Shown here in pieces: positions 43,489 to 59,063 of a stretch of DNA of 64,000 nt. Position numbers and translations under genes: made by a program. The first letter of the stretch is position 1. Each line of letters opens with the position of its first letter. The notes below the pieces were generated by a model. It did no database searches. It saw only the letters and a list, made by a program, of their open reading frames with translations, and was not told the DNA's origin. Source of the DNA: the human T2T-CHM13v2.0 reference genome, Homo sapiens; assembly GCF_009914755.1 (NCBI RefSeq), contig NC_060931.1; one strand, 5' to 3'.

Positions 43489-44883
43489 CATGTAGTCTTG
43501 ACATGGAGTAGAGGGAACATAAAATACAATTTTAAAATAGTAGATATCTTACAAGCTTCTGAGGGATATAGAAGCAAATTGAAATATCAAGACCATACAT
43601 AAAACAAGTCCAAGTGTAGAATCTGAGTATCAATTGGCAACATAAGTACAGGGAGATCAGAAAGAAGAATAGAATTAGCAGACAGGAATAGAATTGAACA
43701 GGGGAAAGACGTCTAGATATACATAAACAGAAAGCCTGCCTTCGAAGCCTTCCTGGAAAGTTGCTTTCTCATAGTCTACAGAAAGATGTCTGCACAGTCT
43801 TTCATATATGAGGGAACACAGTGTTTCATCCACCTAGAATGCAGTGTTCTTCAGCTGTCTGTATGCCTTGCAAATCCTACTTTCCTTCAGTCCTATCCCT
43901 GTGAGAACCCTTTCCCAAGTACTCACTTCATGTACATGCCCCTCCATTACTAAGTAAATATAACTGTTCATTTGCATATTTATTCTTCCATGAACTATAA
44001 GCCACTTGAGTTTAAGAACCACATTTTTTGTCTTTATATTATATTACTGATACCTAGAATAGTGTCTCAACCAGGTAGAGAGTAAGTCTTTGTTGAATGA
44101 ATTGAAAGAATTGATTACCTATGTACAGTTGATAAGAACTGAAAGATGTTAACCTGCTATACTTCCAGAAGGCTCAAAATCTTTATGGGAATCTTGGATT
44201 AAGGGTCACAACCATCACCCACCTATTCTAGATCAGTCTGGATGCTCATAAATGAGAAATAAGCATTTCTCTGCAATGGAAGACTTGTTTAGATATAAAA
44301 GACAGACAATGTTGCAAGGCGAGCATGTGGGACAAAATTGCCCCCATCGTCCTCACTCCCATTCTTTACACATGTGCCACAGATGCTTTGATTTGAGAGC
44401 AGCTCTAGGGGTTCCATTCCAATTGTACTTAGACCAACTATTCCAGAGAAGACTATCCAAGGCTCAACACAACTAGACAGTCAGGGCCATTTTGAATGTT
44501 AGAGCCTGTCCTCTTATCTAGCTGTCTGCAGTCTCTCCACGGGAAGAATATGCAGGGAATATTTTTATGCCAGATGCTGTGCTTGTAGCTAATGCAAAGG
44601 CAAAGAGAACATCATCCTACCCTCAAGAAAAGCAGAGTGACAGGATTAGAAATCCATTCACTACTCTATCACCAGTATCTCTATCACTAGAATAGTAAAA
44701 ATGATAGTTGCATTTAGGGAGTTTAGTACTGCAAATACAATGATTATAGCATGGATATGTTACAATTGTACATTTTTAGTATGCCTTTCTTGAAAAATTT
44801 CAACACAGTGATTAAAACTCTGTGCAGACTGACTAGGATTCACTTAACCCTGCATTGTCTCTTTACTCATGTCTAAAACTGAG

Positions 44884-45113
44884 TTTTTTTTTTACGATTT
44901 CAACGTTTATTTTTGATTCAAGGGCCAAATATGTAGGTTTGTTACATAGGTATATTGTGTGTTGCTGAGGTTTGGGGTACAAATGATCCTGGCACCCAGA
45001 TAATGAACATAGTATCCAGTGGGTAGCTTTTCAGCCCTTGAACCCCTTCCTACCTTCTCCCCCTATTAGTTCCCAGTGTCTACTGTTGCCGTCTTTATGT
45101 ACATGTGTACCTA
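44884..45113 (-). mobile_element. L1PA/PB-type (old primate) 3' end
   Basis: T-tract followed by GTAGGTTTGTTACATAGGTATATTGTGTGTTGCTGAGGTTTGGGGTACAAATGATCC. Confidence 0.8.
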
Positions 45114-48014
45114 GTAATATGGGGATATTAGTAGTACCTCTCTCATTGGGTTATTGTGGGAATTAAATAAGAAAATACATGAAAAGTGAGAAAATGGTAC
45201 CTTGTATACTTAGCAGTCAACATTTTAGTAGATATTATTATCCATTACCTTTTATTTATTTATTTATTTATTTATTTTACTTTCAACATCTCCAGCCCAA
45301 AAGGAACAGTTTCAAGAGGAATTGAGACTCACAGAGGTCAAGTTCCAAGTTCAAGTTTTTATCACTTTACAAGTAGCAGAATCAACATGAGAATCCAGAT
45401 AGCTTGCCTCCCACACCAACCACCCCCTCACATAGTCTAAGCTGCAGAAAAATCTGACTCAAAAGTTATCTCAGACAGAATCTTTTCATTTATTTCCTTC
45501 CCAGACTTTTCATTCTAAAGCAATCTCACAACACTGATTGTTTTGAAACCTCCTTCCATTGCTCCTGCTTCAACTCCTCCAAGAAAGGGCAATGCCATTC
45601 AAGGACTTCATCACAGGGAGGGAGGCACCAGCAACAGCAATTAAAAATGCTTTTGTTAGCATTGCTTCATTGTAGAAATTTCTCATCAGAAGTAATTATC
45701 TGATATGCTACTATTTTTTTCCTTTGCATTGGGGTTAATTTGTTTCTTAATTAATTCCCCTTCTGTCATGTATTTATTTGGAAACTACTCTACCGAAAGA
45801 TAAGAAGTTGCCGTCAGGACCACTGTTCACAAGGCAATAGGATGGTCCAGGCTTACACTGCAGGTCAGGTGTCTATGATGGAGGTCACGCGATAAAAAGC
45901 AAAGAATACAGACATTCCTAAGATAGCAGCAGTGTTTTATGCTATGATTATAGATTAATAGGTAAATGAATTGAAATAGGACTGCTGACACTTCTGATTA
46001 AACCTATGATATTTTGCCTTAATGACACAAAGTTCTCTTTCCAAATTACCATTAAATATGTGCCTTTTTCATGGATTGATATGTACAATTTCAGTATTTC
46101 AATATGGAAAGAGCAGCGGTTAGCAGTTTATAATAATGAAGGTCCATGGATTTAATGTAGTAGAGGTGCTTCTACTGATCTATGGAAAATGCAGTTGAAA
46201 ATTCACAGATTACCTTTCTAATTAGCAGACTTTGGGAATTTAAGAATAGTGTTCCAAAAACACCTGCAGTTAAACTCCAAACAAACGATCCTCCAGGAGG
46301 TTTATCAGTGGGACTTTGAACACTAAAAGTGTAGTGTGACTATTTTTGACAACACCACCTGGTATATTGTGGAAATCCCTTTGTTACTAGTAACAAAGTT
46401 TTGATTCTTGCCAACACTTTGGCTTCACATTCCAATAAAGCGAACTGCAATACAGGGGAGAATTCAATAGAAGCAACACCTTCAAAAATTATATTTTAAA
46501 CATAGACCAGATTTCCTTGCCAAGTGGTCAGAATGGCAAAGCATCTTGACAGATTTGCCATCACTTAATAGGGTTGAATTGTCAGTGTGTTTACACAAAG
46601 GACTAGTAGTTTTTTTCCCAGGCACAGTGCCTCCAATTTCGGTAGATACCATAAGGTTCACAAATGAGGCCTCATAGAATGCAAACCAGGCAATTAAGCT
46701 TTTCCAATAAGGAAAACAGATGTGGTTGAACAAATGATCTAAAATTTGTTCTGAATTTCTCAATAAAAAAGTAAATTCCATCTAAATAAAAATATACATG
46801 TGCATTAAGTCTATATTACCTAAGTTTACAAAGTAGTTTTAAGAAAGATTATTTATACAAGATTTAAAGGAATGTAACATCAGACAATATACCCACATAA
46901 CATATATGTACATGTAACTCCTTGATCTAAAATTAAATTAAAAAGTAAAGGAAAGTAACAATAAATGCAGATAATCCAGAAAATTTCAACTGTTAACAAT
47001 GTTTATTTAACTGACTCTCAGCTCTTATTTTTACATTAAATAAAGTTTTTGTGTTATCTTTTCTAAGATGCTTCTAGGAATTTAAAAGTTCTTCATCTTT
47101 CCTAGAGACCTTTCTCCAACAACCATTATTATTTATGACCTGCTTTTTTCCAGGAAGGATTCAAGGTGACCTGTAATGACAAAAAGAGGAGAACAAATAA
47201 AAACACAAGTACTTAGGTAATTACTACCAATGAAATAAAATAGTTTCAAGTAGGCTCCATTTGTTTTAAAGCTCCAATCTTTATATTTATATTATCAACT
47301 TACTCAGCATTATTGAGATGACATCATCCCTAGCTTTCAAGAACCCATAGCCTAAGTCAGAATGGGTAGTTTGTTCATCTGATTGCCCTTCCCTGATTCA
47401 TTCCTTTCAAGTTGGATATCACCAACTCTCTTTTTAAAACATAACTTTGGTCATGTCATTTCCTTAATAAAAAAAAATTAATAGCTTTTTATCTCTTAAA
47501 GAACAAAGTTCAAAATACTTATAATTGTATATAAAATTCTTAGTGGTCTCACCACCATCCCTCTATCCTTCTTTACCTTCTACTAATCCCTGTGAGGCCC
47601 TGGGTATTCTGAAAATAGGGAACTACCTACTATTAAAGCAAATATGTACTTTCTCATCTCTGTCTTTGTGTTCTCTCTTCTATGTAAAAACCTCATTTCC
47701 TCTTTCTCTGCCTGGAAAACTTCCACTTATTCCTCAACATCAAGCCTATATGTTACCTCTATATGGAGGTCTGTGATGAATCATCTGAGTGTAATTAGTT
47801 GCTCTTCACCTGTGTTTTTGTGTAAGTTTGTATTCATACATACCTTAAAATTGTATCCTTGGCTATGTTTCTTTGTCTCCCATCAAATTACGACTTCCTG
47901 GAGGACTGTAGGGGTACATTGCTCATCCAGGAAAAAAAAAACAAAACTAGATTTTAGAATAGTGCCTTGTATAATCGACATCAGTCAAAGTTTGCTGAAT
48001 GAGTGATGACAAAT

Positions 48015-48250
48015 TAGCTATTATCACCCTCTCTATTGCTTCTTGAGCATTTACTACATGCCCATCAGTGAGTTAAGTGCTTCATATGTTTTCATTTAAT
48101 CTTTACATGACTTCATAAACCATGGATTACTATCCTTTTCTTTTGACAGATAAAGAAATTGCAGCTTAAGGAGTTAAAATAACTAGCCGAAGGTCACACA
48201 GCTAGTGAGAGGAGCTGAGATTCCAATGCTGGCCTGATTCCAACCCTGTG
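48015..48250 (-). mobile_element. MIR
   Basis: TTGAGCATTTACTACATGCC...TGACAGATAAAGAAATTG...AAGGTCACACAGCTAGTGAG. Similar MIR remnants occur at about 1050, 4440, 7810, 10410, 11740, 14830, 45120, 52920, 55250 and 63380. Confidence 0.75.
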
Positions 48251-50740
48251 CACTGTTTGCTTCTTTTGCTTCAATACCATTTGCTTCTTTTGTGTCTGAC
48301 AGCTCTGTTGAAGTAAAGAGTAGTTAACAAGAAAACAATGAATAACACAATTCTGTTTGCTACAATATGGTGAATATACCTTTGCCCTAAATTATTGCCC
48401 CAAGACCTCAAAAGTAAATGATAATCATTTAAGGAAATATTAGGCTATAGCCCTCAGCTATCCCCAAGCATACCCAACAGCTTTTGTCCTTTGGTTAACA
48501 ACTGACAAAGATTGGCATGCCTTTTGTTATTGATAAGGCCATATTTCTCATATTATTGTTATACAAGTGACTTCAGGGACCACAGAAAAATATAGATTAG
48601 CTCAACTTGTGGCTCTGTTAAAACTTCAAGAGACATTGTCAAAAATCAATATCTGAGGTACTAAACGATGTGTTTCTAACAGGTCTTTTGATGTCAAGTC
48701 ACCCTGGAAGTCATGCTTTCGCAGGTGTTGCTGGCAAACACAAACACTCTTGACACCAGATATGACACAGACTTTTTGATCCTGTTGTTAGGAACTGGAA
48801 CATGAACCACTTCACTTCTGTGATTTCTCCTGAAAACTAATGCATGGGGGAAAAGGGAAGCAAAGAGCAGATGCAGACTAATTCAGTGGGCAAAATACCT
48901 TCTTGTTTGTCTTGTAAGTACCTGCTAAATCTGGATGGAAAGAAAGTTATTCCTGAGATAGTTCCTTGTTAGTAAGGGAACAAGCTAGATATCTGAATGT
49001 GGAATAGCATCGTGATGGTGAGAAATATGACATGTCTTTTAATACCAGTCTCCTGAAATGATAGGATTCGAGGAATCCTTTGTGGTCTGCATATCACTTC
49101 AACCTAAATGATGAGTTATGAAAATGCCAAAATGAATAACCTTACTATTTAAGAAGTCCTTCAGTTTCAAATGAAGAAAATAAAAGTGTGTGACAATCCT
49201 GGTTACAAACTACAGGAGATGAGTGCAATGATTTTCAGAGAGACTTGGGATGGAAAGCAGGGTGACTTTGAGCAATTTTTGAAGGTTTCCACTATGATTA
49301 GGGAGTCCTTTGTTTGGAATGTCCATGTGAAATCACTGGTACTGAGCCATGCTGTTGAATGGTGATAACCAATATGGATCTTTGACTCAAGTGTTTTTGG
49401 GGCCCATGGCATGTAAGAGTTGTTGACCTCTTCATATTATACTGCGTACACTGGTATTTGCTATACTTCATTATACGATTTCTAAAATCAACATTAATTC
49501 CTGGTCTTGGGACATGGGCATCAATTGTTTTCATGCAAATTGTTCCCAGATGTGCTACAGGTAATGTGGCCAAAACAAAACAAAACAAAAAAAGTTACTA
49601 ATCCTTTTAGCAATAACAATATGATTGGACTCCTTTATGGGCAGATAACTCATATGATGTGAACAGCTTGAATTTCTCAGGCAGTTTTGTCAACTATATA
49701 CCACCTCCAGTTCCAGTTTAAAATACAAGCCAATCTGGGATTTTGTACAGCTAATAATGTAACTTGAACAAGCTGAATAGGAGGGACACTGAGGTCTCTA
49801 AACATCACAAATTCTAGAACTTGTTTTTATGTAATAACCTGTGCTATGAGGTAACAGATGGTTCAAAGTGCAGCAACTCAATGGTTCTCTTCCAGGCACA
49901 TATATAAGCATTTAATTAAAAGAACTAAACAAAACATTCAGCACTGCATGTGTGACAAAGCAATTAAAGGTGTAGACTTATTCTTAGAAAACAGCCCCAA
50001 AAAGATAGGTGAACAGCAGAGAATAAACATGAAGGTTATTATCAAGTCTCCTGATTACAGGGCAGTAGCAATGGTTTATTTTTTAAATGTATATAGTTCA
50101 GCTCTGTAAATAACATTCTTCTTGGAAGTGGGCATTTGATGCCTCTTTGTCATCTGGAATTTTTGTAGCTAAGTATAGATCCTCATAAAACTATTTATTA
50201 TTGTTCCCTTTAATGTATTAGCACAAATTCAGAAGCCAATAACTGTAAAACTTCTGAAAATAATTCTCATAGCACTAAAAAATCACTTTAGTGGGAAACT
50301 TGTTTCTACCAGATTCTACATGTCCACAGTCCTTTTGTCTTGTGTTGAAAAAAAAATATTTGGCATTGTGTCAGCATAGAAGGCACAAAGCTCTGTTTGA
50401 AATTGATACATCATGTATATCCTGAGTAGAAATAGTAAATAAGGAACTGATGTGGGGGCTCACAAGTGACTGATATTTTCCAGTTCACATTCTCTTTTTT
50501 CACAACAGGAAAAGAATAGAGTAAACTGCCTGAGATCTTTCTCATAGCTCATATTCTTTTGCTCCCATGATCACAGCACCTTTCATGATAAGCAATGCAC
50601 AACATGTGATAAATCAACACACAGAAATAGAAGAAAACTATGTCAGTGTAATAAAAAGCCGTATATTAAAAATATACAGCTAATGTCATACTCAGTGCTA
50701 AAAGACTGAAAGTTTATATTCAACATAATATTGGAAGTTC

Positions 50741-50890
50741 CAACCCCCAGTACCTTAGAATGTGACTTGATTGAAAAATGGTGTCATTGCTTATGTACTT
50801 AGGTTAGGATGAGGTCATACTGAAGTAGGGTAGGTTCCTAATTCAGTATGACTGGTATTCTTACACAAAAGCAAAATTTGGATACACACA
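50741..50890 (+). mobile_element. MaLR LTR fragment (MLT1B/C-like)
   Basis: AACCCCCAGTACCTTAGAATGTGAC...GATGAGGTCATACTG...ATGACTGGTATTCTT. Confidence 0.7.
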
Positions 50891-51879
50891 CACACTCATC
50901 ATTGAAATAAAGCATGGCACCTGGGATCCTAAAAAGAAGGCTCTATGCCTTGTTAGAAAATATCATGAGAAATAAAACTTCCAAATAAATTAGTATTGAA
51001 CTAAAAATTCCCATCTGTGAATGAGTATGGCTTGGATGCCTACTGTAGCATCATTCCACAATTGGCTATTGATTGTGAAAAAAAATAAAGTTTTAAACAT
51101 TCCTAAAGCAAGAATAAGGGAGCAAGTGGTGTGAGTTGATTCCTGAAGGTCTAAATCAATTCCTTGTCTTATGTGTCATCTCGTTTTAATAAAAAAATGA
51201 ATATGACTAGTTAAAGATCCACATTGCACAATAAAATTGTTTATCAGTCATATTTCAGAGTGGCTTCATATTGCCTGCTGGTGGTCAGCTTCCCCGTCGT
51301 GTGTGCATGTGCACACGTGCGCACACACACACACACACAAACCCATCATTATAATTAGAAAAGGTTACATGGTAGAGCAGCAAAATATCAATTCCCTCAT
51401 CAATCCATTTAACAAATATTATAGAGCACCTCTATACTCTGTGAGGCATTGAGAATTCAGAGATTAACGAGAGTTCTCACTCCAGTGGAGAACTTAGTGA
51501 ATAATCTAGAAATCACCATATATTTTCATTAGTACCATGAGAGAAACACATGAGGGAATGAAAGAGGCTCAGAGAATGGGCACACAAGTCATTCTGAAGT
51601 CAGGCATTAGAACGGTTCCTTAGAGAAGAAGCCCTTGAATGGATTAGCTGAGCAGACAAGTGGTAAAGGTCATTCTAGACAGAAGGAACATCACAGTAAG
51701 TCAGAGATTCTCCATAAAGTTGAGTTTATTTGGAAGAAAAAAATATATTGGGAAAATGGTGGCAGATATTTAATAACATTTAGCAATGGTTTGTTAGACA
51801 ACTACTGCAAGTAAAGCCCATTCTAAATTACACCAGCTTATAACTACAACAATGGGGAAAAGACACAAATACTAATTTT

Positions 51880-52250
51880 TTTTGTCCTTGCAATAGTTTG
51901 CTGAGAATGATGGTTTCCAGCTTCATCCAAGTCCCTACAAAGGACATGAACTCATCATTTTTTATGGCTGCATAGTATTCCGTGGTGTATATGTGTCACA
52001 TTTTCTTAATCCAGTCTATCATTGTTGGACATTTGGGTTGGTTCCAAGTCTTTGCTATTGTGAATAGTGCCGCAATAAACATACGTGTGCATGTGTCTTT
52101 ATAGCAGCATGATGTGTAATTCTTTGGGTATATACCAGTAATGGGATGGCTGGGTCAAATGGTATTTCTAGTTCTAGATCCCTGTATGCATATGTAACAA
52201 ACTTGCACATTGTGCAAATGTACCCTAAAACTTAAAGTATAATTAAAAAA
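51880..52250 (+). mobile_element. Young 5'-truncated L1PA insertion with 5' inversion
   Basis: 51880-52184 is antisense L1 ORF2-end sequence. 52185-52250 is the sense L1 terminus (GTACCCTAAAACTTAAAGTATAAT plus A tail). TSD AAATACTAATTTT / AAATACCAATTTT. Confidence 0.9.
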
Positions 52251-55200
52251 TACCAATTTTATAACATTGCATCTGCTGGCAAACATAATCATATCTGGCC
52301 AAGTCCAGCATTTCTTCTTGAGCAAAATTAATCACATCTGTGACTTGATAACCTGCAATGAAAACATTGCAACACCTAAGTCCTGGATAAATTCAAAACA
52401 CCAAGAAAATGGGTACCGCATAATATCTGAACATTGAAAATAAAATGACAGTACATGCTACACATGGAAAGAGATTCTGCTAAACATAACTTACTTGCAT
52501 GCCGCCTCTCAGGCCCTAGGAACTAATGGGTTCTGCTATAAGGCCATTGTGTTTCTCACATAAATCAGAAAGCCAAATCTGACTCTGATATTTATAGCTT
52601 GAAGCTTTCATTGCCCCCGTGGAAATTTCCCAGTAGACTCTTAGACTATCATTGTTATCTCTGTTGATGGCCAGTCAGTAAACGAATGTTTATGGAGTCA
52701 CCACAAAGCACAGACTGACAAATGAAAAGCATACTTTTGATAGCAAGGGATGATTGGTCATGATCCTCAAATAAAGGAGTTTATGGCTTCAGAACAAAAA
52801 AACAGACAAACATTATACCTTGAAATATATCATTGCATCATTATAGTGAGAGGAATCCATTACGAGCTTGGATTGCAGAATGGACTGGATAAATATGACA
52901 AAAGTGAGTACAGTGAGTGGTCCCAGAATTCCTACCACTTATGGGTTCCTCAGTAAGATCTCTATGCACTCTTTACCTTAGTTTCTCAAGCTATAAAATG
53001 GGATAATGGTAGTATCTACATCATAAGAATGCCCTGAGGATTAAATGAGAAAACACATCTGCAACAATTAGAACAGTAGCTGGCACAAAAATATTAGGAC
53101 TACTGAAAATACTAGGGATCTTTAAAAGGCTTCCCCAAAAAAGCCTTACCCAAAAAAAAAGGTAGTCTGAAAACAGTAACTTAGAGAATAGGAAAACTGA
53201 AATAGCTCTTCTTTGTTCACTTCTGAGGAATTCTGAATTGGAATCTAAACAGGATAAACCACTTAATAATCCGTCTTTGACTTTAGCCACCCTTAGATTT
53301 CTGGCACTTGCTGAACTGCAATATTGAATTTTGCATTTATAATTTCATTTTTTCTAGTTTTTTCTTCTTTCTTCACCTGTGTAATTTTAACTTAAACTCA
53401 GGAATTTACATCTCTTCCTATATAATATCACCTTGTTTCCTGAGAGGGAAACTAGTCCTTTGAGAAAATCAAGAGACTGAGCTCTAATCTTAGGCTTTCT
53501 GCCTATTAGTTGTCTAAATTTTGAAAAGTCACTTCACCCTGTGAGATTGTTTTCTCACCTATAAAACAAAAGGTTTAGATCATCTTCACAGTTTCTTCTA
53601 TCTCTACAATGTAAAGATCTTATTGCTTATTTATGCTTTTTTCAATGGCATTAATACAAATGTAATTTTATTTGGCCACTATAAATATAGAAATATAAGA
53701 CTTTATATAAGACTTATATAAAGACTTGGAATAAATATAAGACTTTCTTCCAAGCTGCTGTCTTTGAGTACGTTTAACTGTATTATCCAACTCCTATCAC
53801 TTTCTCTTTTCCTCAAGAGTCCAAGCAATGTCACCAATAACTTATTAAAGTCATGGTCCTCCAGGCTGCAACTCTTCCTTATATAATGTTGAAAAGATGG
53901 CCCCCTGGTAAAATTCACTCTTATTAAACCCATGCTGATTCCTAGTACTTTCCTCGTTCAGTTCTAAGTGTTTCCATGCTCTCTGTTAGCAAACTTTGTT
54001 CTAGAAGATTACCAAAGCACATCATGCTTATTCATTTATATTTCTTCTTGATTTATATATCCAGAATTTGTCCTTCCTCCTTCCCTTTCACCCTGTCCCT
54101 TTCACCCTGTGGGAGTCCTCCATTGTGTGTTTTTCAAGAATTATTGATAGTGATTTCATAATGTAATCTGCAATTTCTTCCAGAATTCATTACTGGGGAC
54201 AAACTCCATTCATCTGATTATGGGGTGGTTTTTTTTTTTTGTATTCTCTCCTACTTTTGAGTGTGATAACCTTTTTATATTATTTGTACTGCCATTTCCA
54301 TGTTAGAAACCATTCTCAATGGAGAGAATGAGAAAGTAAGAGGGATGGAGCAGCATCTTTCTTTTATTCATATAGAACCAACTTTCCCATTTGATGATTC
54401 TGTATCTTCCTGCCACATCTTCTCCTGAAACATAATTTCAAATCAAAACAATAGCAATGACAAAAATCACTTTGATGCATTTTCACATTCTGCGCTTTAG
54501 CGTCCCTTATTTTTACAGGCTTATGTCAATCTTCTATGTTGTATATGGGGACGCCCCCAACATACATACAGACAGCACCCATTCTGTGTTGCTGGTTCTT
54601 CTAACACCAAAATCCCCCAAATGCAGCCTAGCACCCAGTGGATTCTTTAGAGTTTTCATCTTCTCTTTCTTGTTGAGACTATTCTGTATTGTATGAATTA
54701 TTTTTATAGTCCTCCTGTATTCCATTTTAGAGTCTTAATTTATGTGAAGCATATCTCTTTTAAAGTATTTTTTTCCAAAGCATATATAACTACATCCTGT
54801 TTTTCCTTCCTCCACTCTATCTAATAATAACATAATTGGGTAACTTTCTTCCAAAATTTTACATTACTTCTCCATTCTAAAACAATTTTTCTTTTATCAT
54901 TCAAAATGATGTCCAGTGTAGGAGTTCCTTTATTTCTTTATGCTTTCTCAGAGAAACCATATGGCCAGTAAAGTAAGTCAAGAATATTCCAGAACCAAGC
55001 TTTTAGACAAATGAGACAGGAACCCAGTTAACAACTACCTGGATATTCCCCAACCCTAGTTTTAAATTTATGTTAAAAGGAAAGTTCCTGCTAACAGCAA
55101 CTAGGCAGTCTATGGTGTATACCATAATATTGCTTCTGTTCCTCTTGTTCTTTCTACCTGGATGCCTTTCTGTGTTTGAAGCCTCAGGTTTATAGTCACA

Positions 55201-55413
55201 CAGTAGAAGGTAGAGAGGAAGCTGTGAGGGGATAGCCATAGTCCTTGAAGTCAAAACACCTGGTTTTACACCTTGATTTCACCCACACATTCTAACCATA
55301 TGGCTATGAACAAGTTTCTTCACCTAGCAGAACTGTTTTTGCATATCTAAAATAGAGATAATAATATCCACCATAAAAAGTTATTGTGACTATCAAAAGA
55401 GCAAAATATGTTT

Positions 55414-55432
55414 GTGTGTGTGTGTGTGTGTA
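55414..55432. repeat. Short (TG)n microsatellite
   Basis: Direct read. Confidence 0.85.
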
Positions 55433-57581
55433 TGTACATACCCAGTACATTGGTACTTGGTTTTACAACAGAATAAACACATTTTTTAAATGAATAAACC
55501 AAACTAACATTCTTCTTTACAAATAAGGCTGAGGTGGATGAGAAAGAGAAAGGAGAGAGACTTATAATCTATTGCCTCCCATGGTGTTTACTTTTAAGCA
55601 TTTTAACCCTTTTAATCTAAAGAAACTAATTTTAAAAGGAGCAGCTCACTGTGATAAAATTACTTCAATACTTCACTCCATGATTCATTTGTATTACATG
55701 TGTTTCTAATGTAACTCTGAATATCGTAAGTTTGACTATATTATCACCCCATGCTATTCAATATAGGTGATACAATTGAGATAATACTTACTATGTTCCA
55801 ATTTCACGTTTCAACTCACCAAATGTGCCTCCTTTTTCTAGAGTCAGTTGTGGTCTCCTCATTAAACACACACACACAGAGGAACATAAAATTATTCTTA
55901 AAATGTTGGCAATAGTTGCTGTTTTATTCTAGCCCACAGCCTTCCCCAAAGTTACAGCTCATTGTGCCCCTTTCCAATGCAGAGAATCTTTCCCACATTG
56001 CTGTTATTCTATGGCTAGTTCGTTCTCTTGCAAAGCCTGCCTTCATTGTAAATTATTCTCGTACATCCTGGAGAGTTAGACATGAAGCCTATCATTGAAA
56101 AACAAGAACTTTTTTGTTTTTTTTTTGAGCAGTTTCTCATTACTCCTACCCCTATGGGAGAGGAAATTTCAGCAGTTTAGGATTGTTTCACTGTGATTCT
56201 TCGCTGCCAGAAAATAATGTCCAGATATTTTTTAGGTCCTTTCATTCTCTGTCTCCCTGAGGGGTTCAGGTCCTGATTAATATAACTTGAAGATGAGAAA
56301 ATCATTGTATCAAGAAGAGATGGCCTCTCCAGTGCTAGCCAGAAACCTCTTAACAAAGTCAAGCTATGCATAGACAGGGCTCCTATCACCAAGCCTTCCA
56401 TAGTGGTACATAAATCCAGTGGAAGCCAGGCACTCATTCTAGAAGTAATGACAGTACCTGTTTGGTGACACCTGCCATTTCAGTCAGGCTGAGTGAAGCA
56501 ATATTCCTATGCCTAAATAAGTCAGTATAGGCCATTTTGTCCAGAGTCTCCTAGTCCTGAGAAGAGAAGAAATAAATAATATATTAGCCTTTACCCCTTC
56601 ATCCACCCATTCACCTCCATTCCCCTGGATTAAAGAATACTAAATGCAAGAAAGATTTGGGGTTTTAATTTTGCATTATATTGTGTGTTAAGCCCCAGAT
56701 TTCTAGCTGTTTTATTTGTGGTTGAGAGGTAGCAGGATTGGAAAAGATATAGAAGATATTTTTGATAGCTCTGGACTATATCTAGTGTTGATTTTAATAG
56801 CAGGCCAGATATCCAAGAACATGCTGTGTAGCTGTGTATGAACTTGGCTGTTGGTTTCTCTTGCCAGATGAAATTATGATTAATCGGGGCTCAGATGTCA
56901 GTTGTTTTATGTTGCTTGTGCTCTTTGCTAACAGCTGCCTATTTCAAGCTGTGCTTGCTACATGTCAAATATAAACGTGAAACCACAATTTCCAAAAGGA
57001 AAAATTTCAAAGTACTAATATTCATGCCAATGTAGACAGAGCATACTGTAATAGTCAATGTCATTTCTGATTAAAATCCACTTAGTATGTTACATAATTT
57101 AACTTAAGTCAGTATAGAGAAAGAACTCTCCTACGTGAGGTAGACAGGAGAAATTATTTTTAAAAGCTAATTATTCAGTATGCATATAATCTGTTTAGAT
57201 ATTTGTAAATATATATCTCTTCAAATACTGTATGCATAAAATGCTCCTCAATAAACAAGTGTCACTTTCCTTTTTATTCTACAATAAATAAAAATGATAA
57301 ATATTGTTGATAGTCAATTATAAAAAATTTAAATATTTGATTCAGATTTAGGTTTAAATACTTGGAAGTAAGTGGTCTGTTCTTGACAAGGTCCTCAATA
57401 CCTTTTAATTTTTTTTAATCAAAAATGATGTAAGAATAGAATTCTATATTATTTCTTTTCACATAGTCCAAGCAGAAAAATATTTTAAAAAGAAAAAGAA
57501 AGTAAAGAAAATATTGGTCAAGATTTTCAGGAGTTTAGAAAAGCGTATGCCTAAAATGTTGGGTGGTGGACTAAATAGAAT

Positions 57582-57584
<3 letters not shown>

Positions 57585-57618
<34 letters not shown>
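57585..57618. repeat. T34 homopolymer
   Basis: Direct read. Confidence 0.97.
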
Positions 57619-57621
<3 letters not shown>

Positions 57622-58160
57622 TAACCTAGATGATAAATGTCTAATCTGGACTGCCCATGTGGCATGCAGTTCCCAAATTAAACTCTTTCAGAGACTGCCG
57701 TTTTTAGCAAAAGAGGGGGAAGTGAGAATTAGACAACACCCTTGCTCTTTCTATACAAGTGCAGTCAAAAACCGAGTTTGGCCAATTCACTGTAGTTCAT
57801 TGCTTGAGCTATATATAGCAGGACCCCAGAAACTTAAAGAAACCTGAGAGCCCATGGACAGGTTTTATCCTAGTCTAGAGTCTAGCACAGAGTATAGAAG
57901 AGAGTGTGGTGCCCTTCTCATTTCTCTACTCTGCCCTTTCCTGAAGCACACACTACCTGTGTGAGACCTGCTTCCTAGTGTCCAAAATACAGTATCCAAG
58001 GAAGCATCTGGTATTCATCTCAAGAACTAACAGAAAAATGTAGCCATCTAGAGTAGAGGGAAAAGGGAGTCAGTAAAAGGTGTGGATGCTATTATTCATT
58101 TTCATGTCCAGTCATCTACCTCGGGGTTTCTAACAAAGGTCCTTCTTCTCCCTCCCCTAG

Positions 58161-59063
<903 letters not shown>

